From Gammaproteobacteria bacterium (lineage in GTDB: Bacteria; Pseudomonadota; Gammaproteobacteria; Ga0077536): a DNA stretch of 64,000 nucleotides. The notes under the pieces were generated by a model, which worked only from the letters and a program-made list of their open reading frames with translations, was not told where the DNA came from and did no database searches. This document shows, one piece after another, positions 17,907 to 26,182 of the stretch (position 1 is its first letter; every line of letters starts with the position of its first letter). The stretch lies in the NCBI GenBank assembly GCA_965216305.1, contig OZ244144.1:4172941-4236940 (forward strand), in the 5' to 3' direction. The translations under genes and the position numbers were made by a program.

Positions 17907-17937
17907 AAAAAGGGCCCCGATGGGACCCTTTTTAATT
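17907..17937. terminator. Third copy of the palindromic terminator, directly downstream of the intact tRNA-Arg
   Basis: aaaaagggccccgatgggaccctttttaattt. Confidence 0.5.
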
Positions 17938-18014
17938 TGGCGCGCCCGGAAGGATTCGAACCTCCGACCCCCTAGTTCGTAGCCAGGTACTCTATCCAGC
18001 TGAGCTACGGGCGC
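17938..18014 (-). tRNA. tRNA-Arg (anticodon ACG), 77 nt including encoded CCA
   Basis: Minus strand reads GCGCCCGTAGCTCAGCTGGATAGAGTACCTGGCTACGAACTAGGGGGTCGGAGGTTCGAATCCTTCCGGGCGCGCCA. It folds into a canonical cloverleaf: 7-bp acceptor stem, D-arm GCTC/GAGT, anticodon loop CUACGAA, T-loop TTCGAAT. Very close to E. coli tRNA-Arg(ACG). Confidence 0.9.
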
Positions 18015-18220
18015 TATGTTTTGTTTCGCAATACTACAGTAACTTCATCCTGCTCTTTCCGGACACCGGTTCCAGCCCGGAAGGATGGATTCACAAACGA
18101 AGTTTCGTTTGTTCACCCCTGCGGGGCGCGCTTTGCGCGTCCAACTCGCTGCGCGAGTTTGTCGAACCTCCGACCCCCTAGTTCGTAGCCAGGTACTCTA
18201 TCCAGCTGAGCTACGGGCGC
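18015..18220 (-). repeat. 206-bp tandem unit (type 2, copy 1): tRNA-Arg 5' portion (nt 1-59, c18162-18220) whose T-loop is interrupted by a homologous ~75-nt hairpin insert, then a degenerate 3' acceptor (CCTTCCGGGCTGG) and spacer
   Basis: Exact 206-bp periodicity (18085/18291/18497). The D-arm through T-stem is identical to the intact tRNA. The insert is homologous to the type-1 insert, but hairpin 1 is ACTCGC-GCA-GCGAGT instead of TCTTCC-GCA-GGAAGA. Confidence 0.6.
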
Positions 18221-18426
18221 TATGTTTTGTTTCGCAATCTTACAGTAACTTCATCCTGCTCTTTCCGGACACCGGTTCCAGCCCGGAAGGATGGATTCAC
18301 AAACGAAGTTTCGTTTGTTCACCCCTACGGGGCGCGCTTTGCGCGTCCAACTCGCTACGCGAGTTTGTCGAACCTCCGACCCCCTAGTTCGTAGCCAGGT
18401 ACTCTATCCAGCTGAGCTACGGGCGC
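18221..18426 (-). repeat. 206-bp tandem unit (type 2, copy 2)
   Basis: Near-identical to copy 1 (loop variant GTA instead of GCA in hairpin 1 and in the CCCC-GNA-GGGG hairpin). Confidence 0.6.
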
Positions 18427-18640
18427 AATGTTTCGTTTCGCGATCTTACAGTAACTTCATCCTGCTCTTTCCGGCCACTGGTTCCAGCCCGGAAGGATGG
18501 ATTCACAAACGAAGTTTCGTTTGTTCACCCCTGCGGGGCGCGCTTTGCGCGTCCAACTCGCTGCGCGAGTTTGTCGAACCTCCGACCCCCTGGTTCGTAG
18601 CCAGGTACTCTATCAGGCTCCGCTACGGGCGCTGTGTTTC
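18427..18640 (-). repeat. 206-bp tandem unit (type 2, copy 3; most diverged tRNA part: D-loop CGGAGCC, perfect CCTGG/CCAGG anticodon stem)
   Basis: tRNA-like 5' fragment at c18574-18632. The array ends about 18640-18660. Confidence 0.5.
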
Positions 18641-18817
18641 GTTCCGCGATTCTACACCATTCGACCGTCGCACTGATGGCAAGCGCATCGAAGAGGCGGG
18701 ATTATCGGGATCGCGGGCGACAGTGTCAAACGATGATGGTTGTTCACACGCGACTGCCCTACTCCTTTGTTGCGTCGCAAAGTAAACTAGGGCCATCAAC
18801 AAATCCGGAGAGCGACG

Positions 18818-19591
18818 ATGCTGGAAATGATGGATATCAACTGCGACATGGGTGAAAGCTTCGGCAACTGGAACATGGGTGATGACGTTGGCATGATGCC
18901 GCGGATCACCACCGCTAACGTGGCCTGCGGCTTCCATGCGAGCGACCCGGTGACGATGATCGAGACGGTCAAACTTGCGAAACAGCACAACGTCGCCGTT
19001 GGCGCACACCCGGGCCTGCCCGATCTGCTCGGCTTCGGCCGCCGCGCGATGAATATCACCCCCGAAGACGCCTATGCCTATGTCGTCTACCAGGTTGGTG
19101 CGCTTCAGGGCACCCTGGCGACGCAGGGAATGAAACTGCATCACATCAAACCGCACGGGGCGTTCTATTCCGTGCTGAAAACGAACGAGGAACTCGCCGC
19201 GGCCGTCGCCGAGGCGATTAAACAGCTGTCCGACGACCCCATCCTCTACTGGCCTGCGCCAACGACAGCCGCGATGCCGACGGCGGCGAAAAAACTCGGT
19301 ATTCGGGTTGTCGGTGAAATCTACCCCGATCTGATCTACGCGCCCGATGGGGCGCTCATCCTGCAGCGTGAAAAGCACGAAACCGATGTCGCGTTCGCCG
19401 CCGCCCAGGTACGTCGTTATGTCGAAACCGGCAAGGTGGAAGCGAACGACGGCTCGCTCATCGAGCTCGATGCGGAAAGCCTGTGTATCCATGGTGACGG
19501 CCCGAATTCCGTCGAGGTTGCCGATGCGATTCGCGCGACGCTCGAGGAAATTCGTTGCCCAATCACACCAGTGATGCTGAACGCCGCCTGA
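18818..19591 (+). CDS. pxpA: 5-oxoprolinase subunit A (LamB/YcsF family)
   Basis: 'DINCDMGESFGNW...ANVACGFHASDP...HNVAVGAHPGLPDLLGFGRR' matches the LamB/YcsF family signature. No pxpBC partners nearby. Confidence 0.75.
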   Translation: MLEMMDINCDMGESFGNWNMGDDVGMMPRITTANVACGFHASDPVTMIETVKLAKQHNVAVGAHPGLPDLLGFGRRAMNITPEDAYAYVVYQVGALQGTLATQGMKLHHIKPHGAFYSVLKTNEELAAAVAEAIKQLSDDPILYWPAPTTAAMPTAAKKLGIRVVGEIYPDLIYAPDGALILQREKHETDVAFAAAQVRRYVETGKVEANDGSLIELDAESLCIHGDGPNSVEVADAIRATLEEIRCPITPVMLNAA

Positions 19592-19608
19592 GGAAAGGAC
19601 CCGACTCG

Positions 19609-20640
19609 ATGAAATTTGGCCTAATGTTTACATTCCAGCTGCCCCCGGGCTGCGGAATCCCGTGGAACGAACCCTATCAGGATATGCTCGACTGCCTGCC
19701 GCGCGCCGAGGCGCTCGGTTTCGAGTCGATGTTCATGGCCACGCACCATGCGAAAACGGACGGATTGTGCCCCGGCCCGCTGATCGCCTGTGCCGGCGCC
19801 GCGTCGGTGACGAAAACCATGCGCATCGGCACGGGCGTATTGCTCGTACCGATGTACGCGCCGCTGAAACTTGCCGAAGATGTGGCGGTGCTCGACAACC
19901 TCTCGCAGGGTCGTTTCGTTTTCGGGGTCGCGCCCGGTTACGTCGCCGAAGAGTTCGCCGCCCACGGCATCCCGCGTGAGGAACGCATCGGCCGTTTCGA
20001 GGAAGCGCTCGATCTGATGACCATAGCCTGGACCCAGGACGAGTTTGAGTTCAACGGCAAGTATTTCCAGGTCCCGAAAACCGTCATGACGCCGAAGCCG
20101 ATTCAGCAACCGCATCCGCCGATCTGGTATGGCGTCTCGGCGACGAAATCGCTGCAACGCGCAGCGAAACGTCATGCCATACAAATCATGTCGCCACGCC
20201 ACGGCGTCGATGAGCTGATGCACCATTACGCGCCGTACGAAGCGGCAGCAGCGGAAATCGGTTGGAAAATTCCGGAACGTCCGCTCATGCGCCAGGTGTT
20301 CATCGGGAAAACCACGGCCGAGGCCGAGGCTATCGCCGCGCCCGCGGTGAACCATCTGTACCGCGAAGTTTATGGCAAGGCCTCGGCAGCGGGCGACCGC
20401 GTGCTGCGCGCAGACGACGGTAATGTGATCACGGACCATGAGCAGGTGGGATTCGAGAACTTCAAGGACCGCTACATCATCGGCGATCCGGATTTCGCCA
20501 TCGATTCGATCAAGCGCTACGAAGCCGCATGCAACCCCAGCGAAATAGTTTGCTGGATGCACATGCCCGGCATCAGCGGGGAGCAGGCCATGGGTTCGGT
20601 CGAATTATTCGCGCGCGAAGTAATGCCGCACTTCCAGTAG
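19609..20640 (+). CDS. LLM-class (luciferase-like) flavin-dependent oxidoreductase
   Basis: 'MKFGLMFTFQL...' TIM-barrel luciferase-like monooxygenase N-terminus. ATG 19609 after AAGGA. Confidence 0.75.
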   Translation: MKFGLMFTFQLPPGCGIPWNEPYQDMLDCLPRAEALGFESMFMATHHAKTDGLCPGPLIACAGAASVTKTMRIGTGVLLVPMYAPLKLAEDVAVLDNLSQGRFVFGVAPGYVAEEFAAHGIPREERIGRFEEALDLMTIAWTQDEFEFNGKYFQVPKTVMTPKPIQQPHPPIWYGVSATKSLQRAAKRHAIQIMSPRHGVDELMHHYAPYEAAAAEIGWKIPERPLMRQVFIGKTTAEAEAIAAPAVNHLYREVYGKASAAGDRVLRADDGNVITDHEQVGFENFKDRYIIGDPDFAIDSIKRYEAACNPSEIVCWMHMPGISGEQAMGSVELFAREVMPHFQ

Positions 20641-20676
20641 GCCCGGGTCAATGCCCGCGCGCGTCGCTCCGATTTA

Positions 20677-21342
20677 ATGCACAAAACCGCAGTCAGCGAA
20701 ATCCGTGACATCACGACGAGCACGCTCGCGGGGATGTCCGATCACGACCGCGACGAAATGGCGATACCGTCCTACCTGCACGGTAATCCCCTCATTCGCT
20801 GGCTCATGTGGCGTCGCTACGAAGCGATTGCGCAATACCTCGACGACGTTGACGGTAACGCGGCGCTCGAATTCGGCTGCGGTCTTGGCCTGTTTCTGCC
20901 GGAGTTGAACGCGCGTTTCGACCGCGTATTCGCGACCGATCTGTTTCCGGACTATGCCCGCACGCTGAGTGAGCGTCGCGGACTCACTACCCGCTTCGTG
21001 GCGAACGTCGGCGCCGTGCCGGATGCGTCACTCGATGTGCTGGTTGCGGCCGACGTGCTCGAGCACATCCGCGACCTGCCGGCCTATCTCGCGGAATTCG
21101 CGCTGAAACTGAAACCGGGCGGGCGTCTGATTATTTCCGGGCCAACGGAGAATTATCTGTATCGACTCGGGCGGATAATCGCGGGTTTCGGTGGCAAGGG
21201 CGACTACCACCACACGAATATCGATCGCCTGATCGCCGACATCACACAAGGCGGTTTCAAACCGCTGCGTACGCGTCGCTTGCCGTTTCGCGTCGCACCC
21301 GCCTTGTTCAAAATTGCCGAGTTCGCGAACGCAGCTGTTTGA
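20677..21342 (+). CDS. Class I SAM-dependent methyltransferase
   Basis: Motif I 'LEFGCGLGLF', motif post-I 'DVLVAADVLEH', 'LKPGGRLIISG'. Alternative start at 20734. Confidence 0.7.
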   Translation: MHKTAVSEIRDITTSTLAGMSDHDRDEMAIPSYLHGNPLIRWLMWRRYEAIAQYLDDVDGNAALEFGCGLGLFLPELNARFDRVFATDLFPDYARTLSERRGLTTRFVANVGAVPDASLDVLVAADVLEHIRDLPAYLAEFALKLKPGGRLIISGPTENYLYRLGRIIAGFGGKGDYHHTNIDRLIADITQGGFKPLRTRRLPFRVAPALFKIAEFANAAV

Positions 21343-22185
21343 TTACGGCACGTACCGGCTCGCGCAGGCGAATTCGCCTGCGGCCCGTGCAGCGGCGAAC
21401 GTGCGATAGCGGCACCCGGCGTGATCGTTGTCGATAATTCGTGTGAGTTTGCGCAGGGTGTTCGCACGGTTGAACCACAGTAGCGCGCTGGTCAGCAATG
21501 ATGTGCCTTCGATGCGATAGAACCGCTCCGCGTGGTCGAAATCGTGCGGATGGCAGTAGAGCCAGTAAACCTGCGCCGACGCGCCCCGCGCGAGACAATA
21601 TCTGATCACCGCGCGCGGCAGATAGCGCAGGTAGAAGCCACCAAGGAACGGGAACTCGAGCGGCCCGATGCGTGCAACGGGCGCAGGAATTTCGAGCAGG
21701 CCATTCTGCCACAGGAAAGGCTGCCGCGGCGCGCCGGGAAAACCGAACAGTGGACTCGCCGCCGGCAACACGCTCGACGAATAGGCAAAGCCTGCGTCGC
21801 GGATCACATCGGTCGCCCACATGCTGTCGCGGGTGAGCGAGAATGCCGGCGCGCGATAACCGAGTACCGCCTGCCCGCAGAGATCTTCGAGATAATGCTT
21901 GTTTTCCCGCAATTGTGCCGCCAGCGCCGCGGGGGATTCGCGCGTCAGGTGGCGATGCGCGAATGAATGGAAACCAATCTCATGCCCGCGTTGCGCGATC
22001 TCCGTGATCAGCTTCGGCTCCTCGCGGGCGACGCGTCCGAGAACGAACACGGTTGCCGCTATCCCGCGCGCTTCGAGGAGGTCGAGCAATTCACGCGTAA
22101 TCTCCGGATAGCGTCGCGGCCACTCGGGTAGCGGTCGATGATCTTCGAGATCGAACGTGAAATAGCGTGACGTCGTCGGGGCCAT
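21343..22185 (-). CDS. Polysaccharide deacetylase family protein (NodB homology domain)
   Basis: 'FTFDLEDH...TVFVLGRVAREEPKLITEIAQRGHEIGFHSFAH' NodB motifs. Confidence 0.8.
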   Translation of the reverse strand: MAPTTSRYFTFDLEDHRPLPEWPRRYPEITRELLDLLEARGIAATVFVLGRVAREEPKLITEIAQRGHEIGFHSFAHRHLTRESPAALAAQLRENKHYLEDLCGQAVLGYRAPAFSLTRDSMWATDVIRDAGFAYSSSVLPAASPLFGFPGAPRQPFLWQNGLLEIPAPVARIGPLEFPFLGGFYLRYLPRAVIRYCLARGASAQVYWLYCHPHDFDHAERFYRIEGTSLLTSALLWFNRANTLRKLTRIIDNDHAGCRYRTFAAARAAGEFACASRYVP

Positions 22186-22194
22186 TGCGTGTGT

Positions 22195-23340
22195 TCAGGC
22201 TTTCGAATACTTGCGTTTGAAGTAACGCTGGTAGAACGCATTCGGCAAATAACGCATCGCCGCGTCGCGGACGAAATAACGCAACGGCGTTTGCGGCACG
22301 TACCATCGCGCGGCGCGGCGCGTTGCGGGCTGGAGTTGAGTCGTAACCGGCTTCAGCGTGCGTTCGTAATGCGCAAACGCGTCCGCCCGGTCCCGCTCGC
22401 ACAGCGCGTCGGCAAGCGCGCACGCGCCCCAGAATGCGGACGATGCGCCCTGGCCCGATAACAGCGTGAGGCAGTGCGCCGCATCACCCAGCAATACCGT
22501 ATTACCGCGACTCCAGCTCCCGAGTTCTATCTGGATCAGCGGGTCCATGTAGACGCTGCCGGTAGCCGGGAATTCGTCGAGCACCTGCCGTACCAACACG
22601 GGCGCACCGTCGTACGATCGATTCAGGGCCTGCGCTCGCGCTGCGGCGGGCGGTGGCGTTCGCTCCTCGCATTGCCAGATGAAAACGCACGCGAGATCGC
22701 CGTCGCGTGTCGTGTACACGCACATATACCGATTGCGTTCCATGTGGTTTTCGAACCGCCTGGCAAGGCCCAGCGTGTTCGGCAGACGATAAGCGGAAGA
22801 ATGGAGGCCAAGATAATGCCGGGTCACGGCACTTTCCGGCCATGCGAGCGAGCGCGTATTCGAATGTAATCCGTCGGCGCCAATGACGACGTCGAACACC
22901 GCCGCCGTGCCATCGCTGAACGTAACGGCGGTTTCGTCGCCATGCTCTTCCAGCGCGGTGATCGTGGTGCCAAGACGAATGTCGGCGACCTCACGCGCGG
23001 CCTCATGCAGGATCGTTTGCAAGTCGTCACGCATGATCTGAACGACATCGATTCCGGCGAACAGATCCGCATAATCGAGCTCGAGCATCGCGCGCCCGTG
23101 ACGATCGTGATAGCTCGAGCGTGCAATACCGGAGTTTCGTGCGCGGATCTGCTCCAGCACGCCAAGTTCCCGGGCATAGTGGTAGGAAGCATGCGACAGG
23201 GAAATGATGTAACCATCGGCGCGGATGCTCGGCGCTTTTTCGATCACGAGCGGTTTAAACCCGCCACGGCCCAGCCACGCAGCACACGTGAGACCGGCAA
23301 CGCCGGCACCGGAGACAAGAATTCTGCTGTTGCGCTCCAT
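22195..23340 (-). CDS. FAD-dependent monooxygenase (UbiH/PHBH-type fold)
   Basis: N-terminal 'ILVSGAGVAGLTCAAWL' dinucleotide-binding motif and 'GADGLHSNTR' FAD-monooxygenase motif. Confidence 0.8.
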   Translation of the reverse strand: MERNSRILVSGAGVAGLTCAAWLGRGGFKPLVIEKAPSIRADGYIISLSHASYHYARELGVLEQIRARNSGIARSSYHDRHGRAMLELDYADLFAGIDVVQIMRDDLQTILHEAAREVADIRLGTTITALEEHGDETAVTFSDGTAAVFDVVIGADGLHSNTRSLAWPESAVTRHYLGLHSSAYRLPNTLGLARRFENHMERNRYMCVYTTRDGDLACVFIWQCEERTPPPAAARAQALNRSYDGAPVLVRQVLDEFPATGSVYMDPLIQIELGSWSRGNTVLLGDAAHCLTLLSGQGASSAFWGACALADALCERDRADAFAHYERTLKPVTTQLQPATRRAARWYVPQTPLRYFVRDAAMRYLPNAFYQRYFKRKYSKA

Positions 23341-23379
23341 GTCAGCTAAGGTCCCTTTCGCTCCCCGTTACCCGCGCGC

Positions 23380-24405
23380 TCAATACAGCACGCGCGATAC
23401 GAGCGGGCCCGCAAGATTCGCGAGCGACAGCGGCAGACGCCGCCAGGTCGCGGCAAGATAACGATACAGCGGTCGCCCGGGATCGAGTACGGGCGGAGCC
23501 CCGGAGCCATTCATGCAGAACTCGTAGTGCAGGGGCTGCGGCTCGAAGCCCCAGTTCTTCTTGAATGCATAAGCGCCGGTATTCCGCATGCTGCGGCCGA
23601 AATCGAACACCCGCAGTCCGTCCGTGCATGCCCGCTCCAGCAGACACCAGTACATATAATCGAATGCCGCGAGCTGTCGCGCAGCCGGTAGGCCACCAGC
23701 ATAGTACGGCAGTACCTCGTCGCGGAAATACAGGGACAGAACCGCGGTGACGGCCTGCCCTTCATGTTCGACGAGCGATATCTCGCACTGCTCGCCGAAG
23801 CATTGCGCGAGCGTGGTAAACAGTCGTCGCGGATATACCGGCGTGCCGAGGTTGCGCATCCCCGTAGCGAACAAGCGATAGAACGTTGCGACATCCTGAC
23901 CACGGCGAACGCACAACCCGGCTTTTTCGCCCTTGCGGATCATTGCCCGTTGCTTGCGTGGCACCGCGGCAAGATTCCGTGCCGGGTCCGGGTCGAGTTG
24001 CTTGCGGAACGTGGCGTACAGGTCCGTGCCCGCCCAGGCCGGATTTGTGCGTTCGCGCTGACGCATTTCGAGTACGACTACGTTCAGCTCGCGCGCGAGA
24101 TCCACCGCCGCCTCGTCGAGCGCGTTCGCGGTGGTGCTGTCGCGTGCGAGCGCACCGCCGTAAACACAAAACGGTGCCGATACGAGCGCGCCGCGTCCCA
24201 ATCCGTGACGCACATGCACGAGCGGCAGGACGCCTGTGATCGCCCCGTCCGCATCCGCCACGAGGTAATACGGCGTCCAGCCGTACACGCTTGTCGCCAC
24301 CACGGCCCAGTTCGACAGATGGCACACCGTACCGTCCGGATGCATTGTGACGAACGCATCCCAATCCGGATCCGGCATCCGCTCGAGTCGCCGGATCACC
24401 GTCAT
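23380..24405 (-). CDS. FemAB-family (GNAT-fold) acyltransferase-like protein, as found in exopolysaccharide/PEP-CTERM-type loci
   Basis: 341 aa. FemAB-like duplicated GNAT fold recognised by overall pattern ('YYLVADADGAITGVLPLVHV...'). 4-nt overlap with the downstream methyltransferase. Confidence 0.55.
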   Translation of the reverse strand: MTVIRRLERMPDPDWDAFVTMHPDGTVCHLSNWAVVATSVYGWTPYYLVADADGAITGVLPLVHVRHGLGRGALVSAPFCVYGGALARDSTTANALDEAAVDLARELNVVVLEMRQRERTNPAWAGTDLYATFRKQLDPDPARNLAAVPRKQRAMIRKGEKAGLCVRRGQDVATFYRLFATGMRNLGTPVYPRRLFTTLAQCFGEQCEISLVEHEGQAVTAVLSLYFRDEVLPYYAGGLPAARQLAAFDYMYWCLLERACTDGLRVFDFGRSMRNTGAYAFKKNWGFEPQPLHYEFCMNGSGAPPVLDPGRPLYRYLAATWRRLPLSLANLAGPLVSRVLY

Positions 24406-25112
24406 ACCGCTTTTTTCAGCACACAGATGTTGGATGCGCCAATCAGGCGTGCCGGGAGCGATGTCACCGCCGCGCTGCGCCAGCGCAACGGCGGGAACGA
24501 GACGTAGCGCGCCGCGACCACGAGTCCGGCGGCGGCGGCATAAGCATCGATGTCCGCAAAAGCATGGTTTTCATACGGGAATGCCGGCGCGCCGCGCCAG
24601 CGTTCCAGCGTGCCGAACACAAGCAAGGCCAGGCGATGCACCCAGGCGCCGCCATTGCGCCACACGATCACGATCTGTCCGTCGTCGCGCAGCACGCGCG
24701 CGCATTCGGCGATGAAACGCGCAACCGCTTCGGGACGCTGTTGATTGAAAAACTGACAGTTGACGATTTCGTCCGCCGTTGCACTCGCGAGCGGCAGTCG
24801 GAAGGCGTCACCGCGCACGACATCGAGGCCGTTGCTGCGCGCCGCCGCGCAGGCATCGCGGTTGAAATCTATGCCGAGAACTTGTCGGCGACGCGCAATC
24901 AGGGGTTGCACCATCAAGCCCGATCCGCAGGCGATATCCACGAGGACAGCAGCGTTGTCGTCGAGCAGTTCGAACAGCAGGGCCTGTTCGCCGCGAAAAT
25001 AACCCTCGTACACGTAGCCATTCGCGCGCGAATTCGCACCGCCGTAGCGCGCACGCATCTGTGCATACATTCCGTCGACCCGGCGATCGGCTGCAATCTC
25101 GTCTTTGTTCAT
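24402..25112 (-). CDS. Class I SAM-dependent methyltransferase
   Basis: 'VLVDIACGSGLMVQPL' motif I, 'LRDDGQIVIVW'. Confidence 0.75.
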   Translation of the reverse strand: MNKDEIAADRRVDGMYAQMRARYGGANSRANGYVYEGYFRGEQALLFELLDDNAAVLVDIACGSGLMVQPLIARRRQVLGIDFNRDACAAARSNGLDVVRGDAFRLPLASATADEIVNCQFFNQQRPEAVARFIAECARVLRDDGQIVIVWRNGGAWVHRLALLVFGTLERWRGAPAFPYENHAFADIDAYAAAAGLVVAARYVSFPPLRWRSAAVTSLPARLIGASNICVLKKAV

Positions 25113-26173
25113 GTTGCGCGGCTCGCCACGGGCGCCCGTGGCAGCATGGGGGTCAGGCTCAATACGAGGATCCAGAACACAATCGGCGCGCTGATCAGCG
25201 CCATCCGAATCGCGATTGCGATGGGTGCACCAACCCCGGGTTCGTAGCCCAGCAAGCGAAAACTGCCCAGCAATACGACCTCACTGATCCCGAACCCGCC
25301 GACCGTCTGCACCGGAATCACCGCGCTGAGATTGTAGACGATCCCGAGCCCGAGCGCCGTCGCTGCGCTCAGCGCCGGGACCACGGCGATAACGACCAGT
25401 GCGATGCCAAGCAGGTTCGCGGTCCATTTGCAGGCGGTCAAGACACCGAGTTTCAGCACCCGTTCGCCGCTCATGTGATGGCGCGAATAAGTCCGTGCCT
25501 GCAGCAGCACGCGCAGCACGAGCCGCGACCACTTCTTGCGCCGGCGCGGACGTAACCGTACCGCAAGCGCCGTCAGCAAGGGTTCGATGAACACGACAAC
25601 GGCGGCGAACATGAGGGCGAGCACAGCACTGACGACGAGGACGATCAAGCGTTGCTCGCCGGCGACCGCAAGCACGGTGACGATCGCGAGCAGCATGATG
25701 AGCATGAGCATATCGAACACGCGCTGGAACAGCAGGCTCGCGGCGGCAACCCCGAGCGGCTGCCGCAGGGTGCGCGCGATGATCCCGATCCCCGCGATCT
25801 CGCCAAGCCGGGCGGGCAAACCGATCAGCATGAGGACATACCAGGCAGTTGCGCGCAGCGCATCGCGCAAGCGGACGCTGCCGCGTGCAAGCAGGCGAAA
25901 CCGCAACGCGGTAACGAAACCCTCGAGCAGAAGCACGACGATACCGGCGACAAGCCAGGAGTAATCCGTAGTGCGCAAGAGTTGCCGCGCCGCGTCTGCG
26001 TCCACCTGGGCGACAACGAGCGCGAGCAAGGCGGCGCTGGAAGCGACCGCGAGGATCCACAAGGTGAGTCTGCCGCCGCTCACGGCCGCGTTTGGCCGCC
26101 ACGGCCGACCTCGTTCGTGAGACCGCGCCTCGGTACGGCCGCGTGCGAGTCGGGCGCGGAATTTGTCGTACAC
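25109..26173 (-). CDS. Flippase-like (lysylphosphatidylglycerol synthase TM-region / UPF0104-type) polytopic membrane protein; start probably downstream of the track start
   Basis: Eight predicted TM segments, Arg-rich loops ('RPRRRKKWSR'). A divergent gene starts only 10 bp away, so the 5' end is likely over-called. Confidence 0.5.
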   Translation of the reverse strand: MYDKFRARLARGRTEARSHERGRPWRPNAAVSGGRLTLWILAVASSAALLALVVAQVDADAARQLLRTTDYSWLVAGIVVLLLEGFVTALRFRLLARGSVRLRDALRATAWYVLMLIGLPARLGEIAGIGIIARTLRQPLGVAAASLLFQRVFDMLMLIMLLAIVTVLAVAGEQRLIVLVVSAVLALMFAAVVVFIEPLLTALAVRLRPRRRKKWSRLVLRVLLQARTYSRHHMSGERVLKLGVLTACKWTANLLGIALVVIAVVPALSAATALGLGIVYNLSAVIPVQTVGGFGISEVVLLGSFRLLGYEPGVGAPIAIAIRMALISAPIVFWILVLSLTPMLPRAPVASRAT

Positions 26174-26182
26174 TGCCTCGCC

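Noticed and set aside
17604-18640. Regularly spaced repeats that could superficially be mistaken for a CRISPR array
   Set aside because: The repeat unit is 167-206 bp, and the 'spacers' are themselves conserved. The units are derived from a tRNA-Arg gene. There are no cas genes and no short 28-37-bp direct repeats.
17558-18785. Track ORFs 17558-17767, 17745-17975, 17770-17982, 18085-18387 and 18291-18785 (repetitive 'MDSQTKFRLFTP...' proteins)
   Set aside because: They lie entirely within the tRNA-derived repeat array on the opposite strand. Their internal repetition just mirrors the DNA repeats. There is no RBS and the sequence is low-complexity.
18623-19492. 289-aa minus-strand ORF
   Set aside because: Antisense to pxpA (LamB/YcsF), which has a clear family signature.
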